From contig RQSC01000021.1 of the NCBI GenBank assembly GCA_013416795.1, positions 132,413 through 191,778 on the forward strand: DNA of 59,366 bases. Reading direction: 5' to 3'. Numbering within the stretch: the first letter of the stretch is position 1; every line of letters starts with the position of its first letter. A model generated the notes under the pieces. It searched no databases. It worked only from the letters and a program-made list of their open reading frames with translations, and was not told where the DNA came from. The translations under genes were made by a program, and so were the position numbers. The DNA comes from Prasinococcaceae sp. CCMP 1430. Taxonomy: Eukaryota; Plantae; Prasinodermophyta. Of the stretch, positions 34,205 through 44,104 are shown piece after piece.

Positions 34205-35110
34205 ATACTGCCTCGCGCGATTCAGCTGCGTCTGTTGGACATGTTCCTGTGGTGTCATGATCGCTGTGGCCGGCAGCGGCGGCTTCAGATGAGGCAGATG
34301 CGGTGCGTTCTGCTGCCGCCACCGATGCATTTCGGAAAGCTGATGCGCCAATTGTTGCCCATGCGTCGTCACCGGCCGCTCCATCGCCGTCTCAGGTGTT
34401 GGCACTGGAGCCTGCATGCCGGAGGTGGCGCCCTTGGGAGCGGCGGCAAGCACCGGGGGCTGGCCACCGTTCTTTACCTGAAGCGGGCGACCGGTCAATG
34501 TTACCCCGACGCCCGGATAGGTGTTTTGAGCCATCACAGGAGGCACGTACGTTGTGTGCTGCTGGAGCTGCTGTCTCGCCTGCCCGCCTCCCTCGTCCTG
34601 CTCCTGCTGCCGCTGCCGCTGCTGCTGCTGCTGCTGCGGCGGCGGCGGCTGCAACCCAGCGAGTGCTCGAAATGTGCTCGCGTCTGCTACCCTCTGTCCC
34701 GTGGCCAGGCGTAACACATGAGTCGAAGATGCACCCTGCGCAGTACTCCCACCTGCGCCGTCGGCCGGCCCTCCAAACGCAGCGGCGAGTGCGCGCTGTG
34801 TCCCGGGCATGAGCGTGCTCGGCGAAGGCGTGGGTCGTGCACTTGGCGCGTGCATGCGCGAGGAGAGCCGCTCCGCCGCGCTCATTGCAAGTTCTGCGGC
34901 GCGAGCTGGTGGCGGGCCTGCTGGCACAGCCGCCGCATCAGAATGTTCGTTGCTGGGCCGCACGCGCTTCAACGCGGGCTCGCTGCCGTCGCCGCCGTTT
35001 GCGTCGTCGGCGCGTCTGGCTTGATGCGCTGGCGCCCCACCCCCGAGAGCGGGCTGTTCATCATCGCTATCGCTGAGCAGGTCGATCACCTCAGTCGATG
35101 ACGGGGGCAT
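31004..35110 (-). CDS. SNF2-family ATPase, Rad5/16-like (plant FRG1/2- or Uls1-type), lacking the RING finger; exons 35110-32108 and 32008-31004
   Basis: GGILADDQGLGKT, VVLDEAQ, RRWCLSGTPMQN, MLRRTK, LLRLRQAANHP, VFSQW, WWNPTTEDQAIDRCHRIGQ. Intron 32107-32009 joins DLPE|REVIRIT. Confidence 0.92.
34158..34202 (-). repeat. CAG/CAA trinucleotide tract encoding poly-Q in the SNF2 N-terminus
   Basis: (gct)n run read directly on + strand. Confidence 0.9.
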
Positions 35111-35575
35111 GGCAGCGGCCGCCGCACAGCCCTCAGTCCGCGCCGTGACTGCCACACACGACTGCGGCACCCTGCGCCTATTGCGTCTACACCCCGCCCG
35201 CCAGCCAGCCCGCTCGCGTGTGGGCGTGCGAACAGGCGGACGAGAAAGGGGGGGGGGGGGGGGGGGGGAGGGAGAGACCACTACCGAAGGGTGCCCTCCT
35301 GCCCCCTTCCTTACCCTTCCTGCCCCGCCCTCCAGCGGCGCGCCGCGCGCGCCGAGTGGGCGCTGCGGGCGTGCGACAATAAAACTCGAATTGTGCGGAA
35401 GCAAGCTTGGATGAGGGGGCTCGCGCGGGGGCGCACTTCGCAGTCCCGGCGCGCTGCGCATGCAGGCAAGTGCAGAGCGCGGCGGCGCCAGCAGCGCGGT
35501 GCTGCGCCACGCACGCGATCGCGGGCACGCCGCGCGGGCCTGCGGATCTGGTCAGGCGCGGTCGCGCTCTTGCGC

Positions 35576-37132
35576 ATGCTCGGAGGCGGTGGCAAGCGCG
35601 GCGCATACTTGCCACGGGCGCGCCTGGCTGCAGCAGGGGTTGCGGCGGGGCTTGTGGCAGCGGTCGCAGCCGCCGCGCTGTTGCTTGCGACGGCGCGGGC
35701 CTTCACGCTCGCTCTGTGGGAAGAGTCGCGTGAGCGCACCGCAGCTGCGGCAGACGCCTACTGGGAGTGCATTTCTGAGGAGCTCGCTGACGGTGGCTCT
35801 GACGAGGCAGACCGAGCGAGCGATACACACCCGCGCCCACGCTACTCCGCCGGCTTGGCTGCGCGCTCGGACGGCGCCCTTGCAGTCACGCACGGATACC
35901 TGTACGACCACGCCGCGCGTGCCCCCTCGTGGCTGAACGACACCTGGCTGCACGGCGTGGGTGCCGACGAGCTGACGTGGAGGAGGATCGGTCCCTCTGC
36001 CTCCGCTGCGCGCCCATCCGCACGCTACGGTGCGTCCTTCGCACGTGCGAGCACGCACGACAGCGCGGTCCTATTCGGCGGCACGGATGGCGGTGCGCGC
36101 TTCGCGTCTGGTACGACGGGCTACAGACCTGGGAACGAGTTTGGCGACACGTGGCTGCTAGACCTCGCATCGGGGGCGTGGTCGCAGGTGGACCCTCTGT
36201 TCGGCGACCCCTCGCCGCCGGCGAGGCAGCTCGCCGCAACTACAGGCGATTGCGGCGGTGATGGCGTGTGCATCTTCGGAGGCCTGGGTGGAGAGGTGCG
36301 CTCCTGCACACGCGGTTGCGCGAGCGATGTGCGCGCGCGCGTCCGCCCATGAAGGGCGTGCCGCGCCATCCCCTGCAACCGCCCTCTGACGCAATGGCGC
36401 GTGCTGCAGCGTGGACGGGTCGCATTGGCCGATCTTTGGCGGTGGGACTTCGCACGAGCTACGTGGACGCTGCTGTCGGACGGTGGTGATAACAGCGGCG
36501 GCGGGAAAGCGTCGCCACCCGCACGATTTGCCTCGTCGATGTGCGCCGTGTCTGCGGGCGCCGACGCTGCCGAAGGCGGCGTCAGCGGTGACGATGCCAT
36601 CGAGCTTTTCCTCTATGGTGGCGCCGGCGGTACTGCGCCGCGTGGGACAGTCCACGAGGACCTGTGGCGATTCTCGCTTGACGCCGCCGCGGGGTTGCCG
36701 GGCGCTTGGGTGCGGCTTCGGCCAGCGGGCGCATCAGAGCTTGGTGGAGGGCGGGCTTTCGCGACGCTGACTACCATCGGGGCCGGCGGCAGCGTAGACG
36801 GCGAGTTTGCCGCGATACTCTTCGGGGGCGTCAACAAGACGCTGCCAATGCAGCCAAACGCGGATGCGTACGCACTTGTGCGCACGCGCGGGCGCTCTCG
36901 CCTCCGTTGGGTCCGCATCCCCACCCCACCGCCCGACGGCTCGGTGGCCCCGTGGCCCGTCTTCCGCCACTCGGCCGCGCGCGACCAGCGGGGCGACCTT
37001 GTCGTGTTCGGCGGCGAGTCCAGCCGGCCGTACATGTACCACAACGGCGTGTGGGCGTTGCGCGCACCGCTTGCTGGCGTGCTCTCGCTCGCGCGCGAGG
37101 CCTACGATGCTCCACGCGGCGGCGAGCTGTAG
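35576..37132 (+). CDS. Kelch-repeat beta-propeller protein with N-terminal membrane anchor; exons 35576-36295 and 36410-37132
   Basis: PSARYGAS, VLFGG..DTWLLD, IFGG..DLWRWD, LYGG..DLWRFS, VFGG repeats. Intron 36296-36409 (GTGCGC..CTGAC..CAG); hydrophobic N-terminus. Confidence 0.85.
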
Positions 37133-37646
37133 CTGCGCCCAACATGCTCCGATTTCTGGGAATTCGGCCGGCTGAGCGCACGAGCCATGCATCAGGCCGC
37201 GCACCCATCAGCGCGCGCCTTCAAATCCAGATCGGCGAGATGCAGCTGGCGGCACGCGGGCCACACGATCCCGGATTCGGAGCCAACTGTCGCCGCCCAG
37301 TGTTTGCCACGACCGCGAATTCCCTGTTGTATTGTGATGTGTAGTACTACGAAAGTGCGGTTCGCCGCCGACTCCTCCGTGCGCCTCTCAGCGCGCGCGC
37401 GCGCGCGCACGGCAGAGTGCGCGCGCGCTCAGCCTGCTCGGCTGCGCAGCGCAGGGCGCTGGTGTTGGGGCGGGGTTCGGGGGTCGTGCGGAGTGGGGAG
37501 CTCAGGGGAAGGGCGCCCAGAGGTGTGCGGAGACAGAAAAAGTCGCCGGCTTCTCAGCGCGAGAAGCCGGGCGTGGGCCCACCCTCTAGGAGCGCGTGCC
37601 CACTCGTTGCGCGCGATCCGCGCGGCGCTCTATCCAGGCACAGGGC

Positions 37647-38334
37647 ATGGCCGCGGCGGTGCCGCTGGCGGGATGGGCTCGCCATCGCGCGCACGCGCGC
37701 GCGATCACATGGGTGCCGTGCCGAGCGCCTGCGCGCGCAGGCGTGGTGGGGGGCGCAGACCCGCCGCGGACCTCTGCTCCCGAGCCTGCGCCCACACCAC
37801 AACCCAGCGCGGCACCGACGCCGCTGCTGCCGTTCGTGCTTCCCTCCCTCGGCGTCGTTGAGTTGCGTGCAGAGCTCCGGTCGCGAGGCGCCGCCACGCA
37901 TGGGACAAAGGTACGCGCCTGCGCTGGCGTCGCGTCGCTGTGCGTGGTTTACGCCGCCGCCGCCGCCGAGCGCATCAATGGCTGCTTGCTGACGTGAAGG
38001 TCGCCGCCTTCCGGCGCTGCTACAGGCCGTGCTCGTGTCGCGCCTGGCGAGGGAGGTCGCTGAGGACGCCATGCGAAGAAACAGCGGGCATGGCTACCCG
38101 CGCTCGAATCCCCGAGGCGCCGCAAGCGGTGTCGCAGGCAAAGGCGAAGTCGACGAGGCGGTGAACACCGGTGAAGGCGGCGAGTCGCTGCTGGCGCGCT
38201 TGGGATCGCTGCGCGTGGTCGAACTGCGCGCAGAGCTGCGCGCCCGCGGCCTCCCTCAGGCGGGCAGAAAGGCAGACCTACAGCACAGACTGCAGAAATG
38301 GTGTCTGAATGGAGACGGCGAGAGAAAGGAGTGA
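37647..38334 (+). CDS. Double SAP-domain DNA-binding protein, possible organellar transit peptide; exons 37647-37910 and 38026-38334
   Basis: LGVVELRAELRSRGAATHGTK|AVLVSRL and LRVVELRAELRARGLPQAGRKADLQHRL; intron 37911-38025 splits SAP1 in frame. Confidence 0.8.
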
Positions 38335-38649
38335 CACCCGTGGCAACGCGCGCCCCTTGCCAGCGCGTTGCACTCCCACTTAATACGCTTAATTGTCGAG
38401 GTTTCTGGGGCGGCACTCGCCGTGGCTCGAGGTCCAGACTCGGCGCCTGCGCCGCCGCCGCTGCTGACGATAGTCTGAGGGGCGGGCAGGCGGGCAGGCC
38501 GCACGCCCCACCCCACCCCCTGGGTGTGACCCCCAGCCAGGGGGCTCCCAGCCCTCGTCGGGGTTTGAGCCCAGATTTTGGGGTTCGGTTGCATTTTCAG
38601 GGTCCACTGGTGTGCCATCAGCTCTCGGCGCGGCCTCGCCTGCGTTTCG

Positions 38650-40227
38650 ATGGCCGGCCTCGAAGAGACGTGCGCGCACGCCGCGATGCCATGGCTGACG
38701 GGAGCGGAGCGTGCGGCCCGCGTTCGTTCGTGCGCGCCCCAATGGCCGTTTCATGGCTGGCGCGGGACGCGCGCTCCGCCCCCTGGTGCAGCGAGGGGGC
38801 AGGGGGGTGGGGGGAGGGAGGAGGCCGAGGAGAAGGGGGAAAGGAAGGGAGGGGAAGGCGAGCGAGCGAGCGAGCGAGCGAGAGAGGAAGGGGAGCGCGC
38901 CCGCGCTGAGCTCGTAGCCCTGCCACGACGCAGGGAGGAGGAGGTGGCACACGCGCAGCGTCGGGCGCGAGCAGGGCGCGCGCCGAGGGCGAGTGGGCGC
39001 GAGCGGCGGGCGACAGGGGGCTGACGAGGTGCCTCGGGGCGGGGGCGCGCGATGGGGGCCGAGCGGGGGGGGGGCGGCCCCGCAGTGGAAGTGCTCGACG
39101 TGGAAGAGGAGGTTCCCATCTACCGTGCCACGCTCACCGTGCTCGCTGATCGCCTCGCCGAGGCGCAGAGGTCCGCCGAGTGCGCGCCCAAGGTGCGCGC
39201 GCTGCGCGGAGCGCACCGCGGGGCGACCGGGCCGGGAAACGTCGTCAAGAAGTGCGCGTACCACCCAGCGCTGCTCGACGCCGTCGAGGGGGTCCTCGGG
39301 CCCAACATCGCGCTGGTTGGCGCGTTCTTCGCGCCCGACGCGCGGGCGGCCGCCGCGGAGGCGCGCGGGGACGCCGAGAGCTGGGGCGCCGCGGGCTGGA
39401 TCGACGCCGACGGGCGGTTCGCGTGCGGCGCGCTCGGCGGCGCCGGCACGTTAGAGGCCGCCTTTGAGGGCGCGGACACGGACGGCCCAGGCGTGTGCTT
39501 CGGATTCGTGGACGCGGCAGCAACCGCCAGCGATGACAAGGACGCCCGCGTGGTGCGCGGCGTCACCGGCCGCGAGGATGAGGCCGACGAGCGCGTGCGC
39601 AAGCGGCTCACCATCGCGCAGTACTCGCGCATGGAAGAGGGCACCGTCGACGACTTGAGCGTGCAGTGCGCAATATTCAACATGGACAAGCGGCGCAACC
39701 AGGCGGACCGCGTGCTCGGCCTGCTGCGCCAGCTGCGCGGCATTGACGTAGGCACGCGGTGCGACCTTTATCAGCACTCGCTGCAGAGCGCGGCGCTCGC
39801 GCTCGCCGACGGACGCGACGAGGAGTACGTCGTCTGCGCCCTGCTGCACGACATCGGCGAGCTGCTGTGTCCAAACGCGCACGGCGAGCTTCCCGCCAGC
39901 CTGCTGCGGCCCTACGTGTCGCCCAAGTCGTGGTGGGTGCTTGCGCACCACGAGATCTTTCAGGGCTACTACTACCTCGACAAGTGCGGTGGGGACAAGC
40001 ACGCCAGGGAGAGGTTCCGCTACCACAAATACTTCGGCGCGTGCGAAGAGTTCTGCTACAAGTACGATCAGGCAGCGTTCGACCCCGAGTACGAGCTTCC
40101 CGATTTGGACGAGGTGTTCGCGCCCATGGTTCGCAGGGTCCTCGCGCGCGAGCCGTATTGGCACCTCGGGCACCTCGACACGCCGACTTGCGAAGCCAAG
40201 GACGCCATTGCGCAGGGCTACGAATGA
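38650..40227 (+). CDS. Fusion of a degenerate PhyH/2OG-dioxygenase-like N-terminal region and an HD-domain (PhnZ/TmpB-related) metalloenzyme; proposed exons 38650-38785 and 39086-40227
   Basis: HD part: HSLQSA..ALLHDIGE..NAHGE..AHHEIFQGYY..YDQAAFDP. N-part: PVEVLDVEE..YRATL and HPALLDAVEGVLGPNI. Branch GCTGAC near 39021; TGTAA at 40451. The exon-1 donor GTGCAG is weak. Confidence 0.75.
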
Positions 40228-40621
40228 ACCCCTGCGACGACGTCGGCACGTGCATGCCAGGGCGCGTTGCTGCATGTGGCCTCCACCCACGCGCAGATCG
40301 TGGTCCTGTGCAGCACACGCGCCTCGAGCGATATACCATAGAAAGCCATGGAGGCGGTGCGCCTTGCGCGCCCTCGCTGCCCGATGCGCAGCGGCGTTTT
40401 CGTGCGCGCGCAGCGTGTGCTGCGCGTGGCCGTGTTCCCCTGCGCGGTCGTGTAAATTGTCATGTTAAAGCCACCCGCAGCTCGGGAGCGAGACCTCTCA
40501 TCGCGTGCGCGCTCACTTCCCCCCGGCGCCGTGGCGGAGCGGCCCCCTTCCAGTCACAGGCTCACCGCAGGGCTCACGGCGCCCCAAACTATCGGGCAGC
40601 TGGATTGGCTGGGCTCGGCCC

Positions 40622-42091
40622 CTAAATTGCCCCCGCTGCCTCCTTGCCCGCAGCGCTGCCCTCGTCGGGAGCGCTCGACTTGCTCGCGCCGTTTGCCCCG
40701 TCCGTAGCCTCCGCCGCGCCCAACTCTTTGGGCGGGAGGGGCGGCGGCCTCGGCGGTTGGGGGCCCGCCTTGGGGAAGAGAGGCTGCCGCGTGGAGAGCA
40801 CCGTCCGCGCCCACATCCTCTCCTCGATGTCCACGGTGCGAGTCTCAGAAGTGATCTCTTTGAGCGGGATGTACGCGTGGCGGCCATTCACGGGGCCAAC
40901 GACGCATCCGCTGTAGCCCGCAAACGCACCGTGCACGGCGTTGTACGCGAGCATCGTGCAGTAGATGTTGTCGCTGCCGTTGGCGGGCACAGCGCGGATC
41001 ATGTAGGTGGGGTCGATGTACTTCAGCGCGACGGGGTTGCCCACCTCGCGGAAGTGGGCCTTGAGCTGGTCGCCCAGCCACAGGCCGATGTCCGCCAGCA
41101 TGCGGTTGCCACTGGCGTCGGTGGCCTTGCCCTCCCACGCGTCCTGCAGATACTCCTGTCCGGCACCCTCGGCGACCACGATGACGCAGCGCCCGTTCTT
41201 CTCCAGGCGATCGGCGACGTGCGCGAGCACGCCGTCGGGGCCGTCCATTGGGAAGTGCACCTCGGGGATGAGGCACAGGTCGACCACGCGGCTCGCGAGC
41301 GTGGCGTTCATGGCGATGAAGCCCGCGTGGCGCCCCATGAGCTTCACCAGCCCAACGCCCACGGGCATGGCGCTCTCTGCCTCGACGTACGCGGCGTCAA
41401 TCGCGCGCTGCGCCTCCTCGACGGCCGTGTCAAAGCCGAACGACTTGTCGATGACGCACACGTCGTTGTCGATGGTCTTCGGAATGCCGATCACAGACAC
41501 CTTGAGGCCACGCGCGCGCACCTCACTGTAGATGGCGTCGGCACCGCGCTGCGTGCCGTCCCCGCCAATGATGAAAATCATGTTGAGGCCGCGGTCCTCG
41601 ATGGCGTCGACGATCTTCTTGGTGTCGTGGCCGCCGCGCGAGGTGCCGAGCATGGTGCCGCCGCGGTTGTGGATGCCCTCCACCGCCTTGAGGTCGAGAC
41701 CGGTGAGGTTGCGCGCGTAGAAACCGCGGTAGCCGCCCTCCACGCCGAACACATGGCTCTCGGGAACGCCGTACTGCCGCACCAGGCAGTGCACGACCTC
41801 GCGGATGACCGTGTTGAGGCCCGGGCACAGCCCGCCGCACGTGACGATGGCGGCCTTGACCTCATCGGGTCGGAACACAACCTCCTCGCGCGGTCCCGCA
41901 CGCACGTAAAGGCCGGTGTCCAGGTCGCGGAAGGGGTTCTTGACGGCCGTCCTGACGACGCTGTCGGCGGGGTCGATGTACCAGCGGCGCGCCTGCTCGT
42001 ACGCCGGCAGCTGCGCGATCGGGTTGGGGAGCTCCGGGAGGTCCACCCAGTCGCTCAGGTGGGGGGGCTCGGCGACGAGGCCCCCACACAT
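40622..42091 (-). CDS. PFK: ATP-dependent 6-phosphofructokinase, plant type, probably cytosolic (489 aa)
   Basis: IVTCGGLCPGLNTVIRE, GGTMLGTSRGG, IGGDGT, GIPKTIDND, KLMGRHAGFIA, KYIDPTYMIRA; first in-frame ATG is 42091. Confidence 0.96.
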   Translation of the reverse strand: MCGGLVAEPPHLSDWVDLPELPNPIAQLPAYEQARRWYIDPADSVVRTAVKNPFRDLDTGLYVRAGPREEVVFRPDEVKAAIVTCGGLCPGLNTVIREVVHCLVRQYGVPESHVFGVEGGYRGFYARNLTGLDLKAVEGIHNRGGTMLGTSRGGHDTKKIVDAIEDRGLNMIFIIGGDGTQRGADAIYSEVRARGLKVSVIGIPKTIDNDVCVIDKSFGFDTAVEEAQRAIDAAYVEAESAMPVGVGLVKLMGRHAGFIAMNATLASRVVDLCLIPEVHFPMDGPDGVLAHVADRLEKNGRCVIVVAEGAGQEYLQDAWEGKATDASGNRMLADIGLWLGDQLKAHFREVGNPVALKYIDPTYMIRAVPANGSDNIYCTMLAYNAVHGAFAGYSGCVVGPVNGRHAYIPLKEITSETRTVDIEERMWARTVLSTRQPLFPKAGPQPPRPPPLPPKELGAAEATDGANGASKSSAPDEGSAAGKEAAGAI

Positions 42092-42704
42092 GTCATTGAG
42101 CACCTCGTCGCCCGAGCTATCGCCCGAGCGCGCGCTCACCGCCGCGCGTCGCGCGCGGCCGGTCGCGCGCCGCACCCCCCTGCTCCCCCCTCCCCCCCCC
42201 GCGCGCCAGCGGCGGCGCCAGCGGTGCGTTCGGAATGATATTCCGATGATATTTCGTCGCCTGCGGACGGGCGCACTTTCCCCCTGCCCTGCCCCAACCC
42301 TAACTTTCCGCGAGGGCCGGCGCGGAAAAAGGCGCTGCGGGGGTCGGGTGGGGTCGGCGGTGCTGGCGGGCCGCGACCGGGTCGTGCTGCGCGTGTGTCG
42401 CTCGCAACGCAAGAAACAGAGGATTTGATCCGGGGCTGAATGCCCTCGATCTCGGTCCGATGCCGGAAGTTCTGTCTGTTCAACGCGCGAGTCTCCCTTT
42501 CTGCGTGCGGGTTTCTGATTGCTTTACAGCTTTGGTGTGCCGCGTAGCGTAGCTCGCGGCGTCGCCCGTGCGCGCGCGCGGCGGGAGGCGCGCTGCGGCG
42601 GCGGTCGGGGGCGGCGAACACGCAGCGGATGGGGGCCAGCTCGCCGGTGAGCTCGCCAGCGACCGTCTCGGCGGCAGGAGTGGGCTCGTCGACCTCGGCG
42701 ACGC

Positions 42705-43076
42705 TCACGCGTCGGCGGCGGCGAGCTCGTCGGCGAGCTCGCCCACGGCCTCCTTCGTGACCGGAGCGGGCTCGTCCGCCTTGGCGTCGCCATCCGCCGG
42801 GGCGGCGGCGAGCGCCTCTTCCTTCTTGGCCATGTACGCGTCCATCTGTGCGTCGAGCACGCCACCCGCGCGCTTCTTGTCCTTGAGGAAGTAGGCGTCG
42901 AGCGCGTCGTCGAGCTCCTCGCGCGTCGGCGGCTTCTCGCGCTTGGCCTTGCCGGCCTTGCCCTTGGGGGCCTGCTGCCCCTTCTGCGCCGGCTTGGCGG
43001 CGCCCTTCTTGACACCCTGCGGCGAGGTGGGCTTGGACCCCCCCCCACCGCTCCTCCTGCGGCCCCCGCGCGCCAT
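42705..43076 (-). CDS. Small basic protein with FoP/CHTOP-type duplicated 'LDxxLDAY' motif (mRNA-export-adaptor-like)
   Basis: REELDDALDAYF...VLDAQMDAYM after an RGG/K-rich N-terminus; TGTAA on - at 42528-42524. Confidence 0.7.
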   Translation of the reverse strand: MARGGRRRSGGGGSKPTSPQGVKKGAAKPAQKGQQAPKGKAGKAKREKPPTREELDDALDAYFLKDKKRAGGVLDAQMDAYMAKKEEALAAAPADGDAKADEPAPVTKEAVGELADELAAADA

Positions 43077-43549
43077 GCTCGTCGGCGATCGCCCCGCCTG
43101 CGCGCGCGCGCTGTGGCGCGCCGCCGAGGGACGCGTGCTGCTCGCGGCGCGGGAACCCGCCGCCGATCGGCGCCCCGCGGCGGGAAAAGAGGTCGGAGCC
43201 GAGGCCACTGTTTTTGGGTGTGTCTCCGGCTGGGGTGCGTCTCGCTGGCCCCCTGCCGGGGGGAATGTTGACGACCAGGACTGGCGGATCGAAACCGAAA
43301 CCGGAAATGCTCGCTCGCTTGTTTGAGGGTAGGTACATAGGGTCTCAACTACGTCAAGCCCCCCCCCGATCGAACGCGTGCGTTGATGACTGCGTCGACC
43401 TTCGCACTTCCTACAGGACCCGTTTTTACCTCCGAAAGGCAGCCGCCGCTCGAGCGGCGGCTGCTCGCCGCCTCACGGCGCGGGGTGCACACAGCGCGCG
43501 CAGGGCGCCCGCAGCGCGGCCGGGTTGGCGCGCGGGCGCGCCGCTCGCC

Positions 43550-43822
43550 ATGGGTCGCAATGGGGCGGGGGGTAAGAAGTGCACGATGGGGATGAACACG
43601 AGCAAGACGTTCAAGAAGCAAGACAAGGCGTGCCGGGCGGCGGCGAAGAAGGCCGCCAAGGCCAGGCTCAAGCCGACGCTGGTGCCGGCGAAGAAGGCGT
43701 CCAAGGGCAAGCGCAAGAAGCGCGCCGAGCGCGCCGCCAAGATTAGCGTCAAGGACGCCCTCGCACGCGGGGACGTCACCGTGGAGGAGCTCGAGAAGAT
43801 GGGCGAGAAAATGGAGGAGTAG
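43550..43822 (+). CDS. Small lysine-rich hypothetical protein (90 aa), possibly nucleolar
   Basis: gccATGg context, strongly GC3-biased codons (AAG, GCC), clean stop; no family recognised. Confidence 0.65.
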   Translation: MGRNGAGGKKCTMGMNTSKTFKKQDKACRAAAKKAAKARLKPTLVPAKKASKGKRKKRAERAAKISVKDALARGDVTVEELEKMGEKMEE

Positions 43823-44104
43823 CTGCGACCCGCGCCGCAGAGATGCGGGCGTTCGGGGCTGCGAGCGAGGCCTGGCGCCGCGAGTCGCGCACCGCGGCCG
43901 GGCTCGGATATGCGCCGCTCGTGCGACGGTGCCATGCTGCGTGCCCACCCATGCATGCAGCAGCGTGGAGGCGTCGCCAGCCCATGGCCGACGCGCGCGG
44001 CAAGGTGGTGGGTCTGTATTATATTAATGAAAAAAATCGCGAACGCACGGCCGCGGCCTGCTGCGCTCGGCGCGGGGGCTGCGCTGCGCACACCGCAGCC
44101 ACGC

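Noticed and set aside
42092-42412. Transit-peptide-like extension of PFK
   Set aside because: No in-frame ATG upstream of 42091 on this strand; treated as 5'UTR.
43380-43440. Possible C/D snoRNA (TGATGA near 43384)
   Set aside because: No clear D box (CTGA) or terminal stem found.
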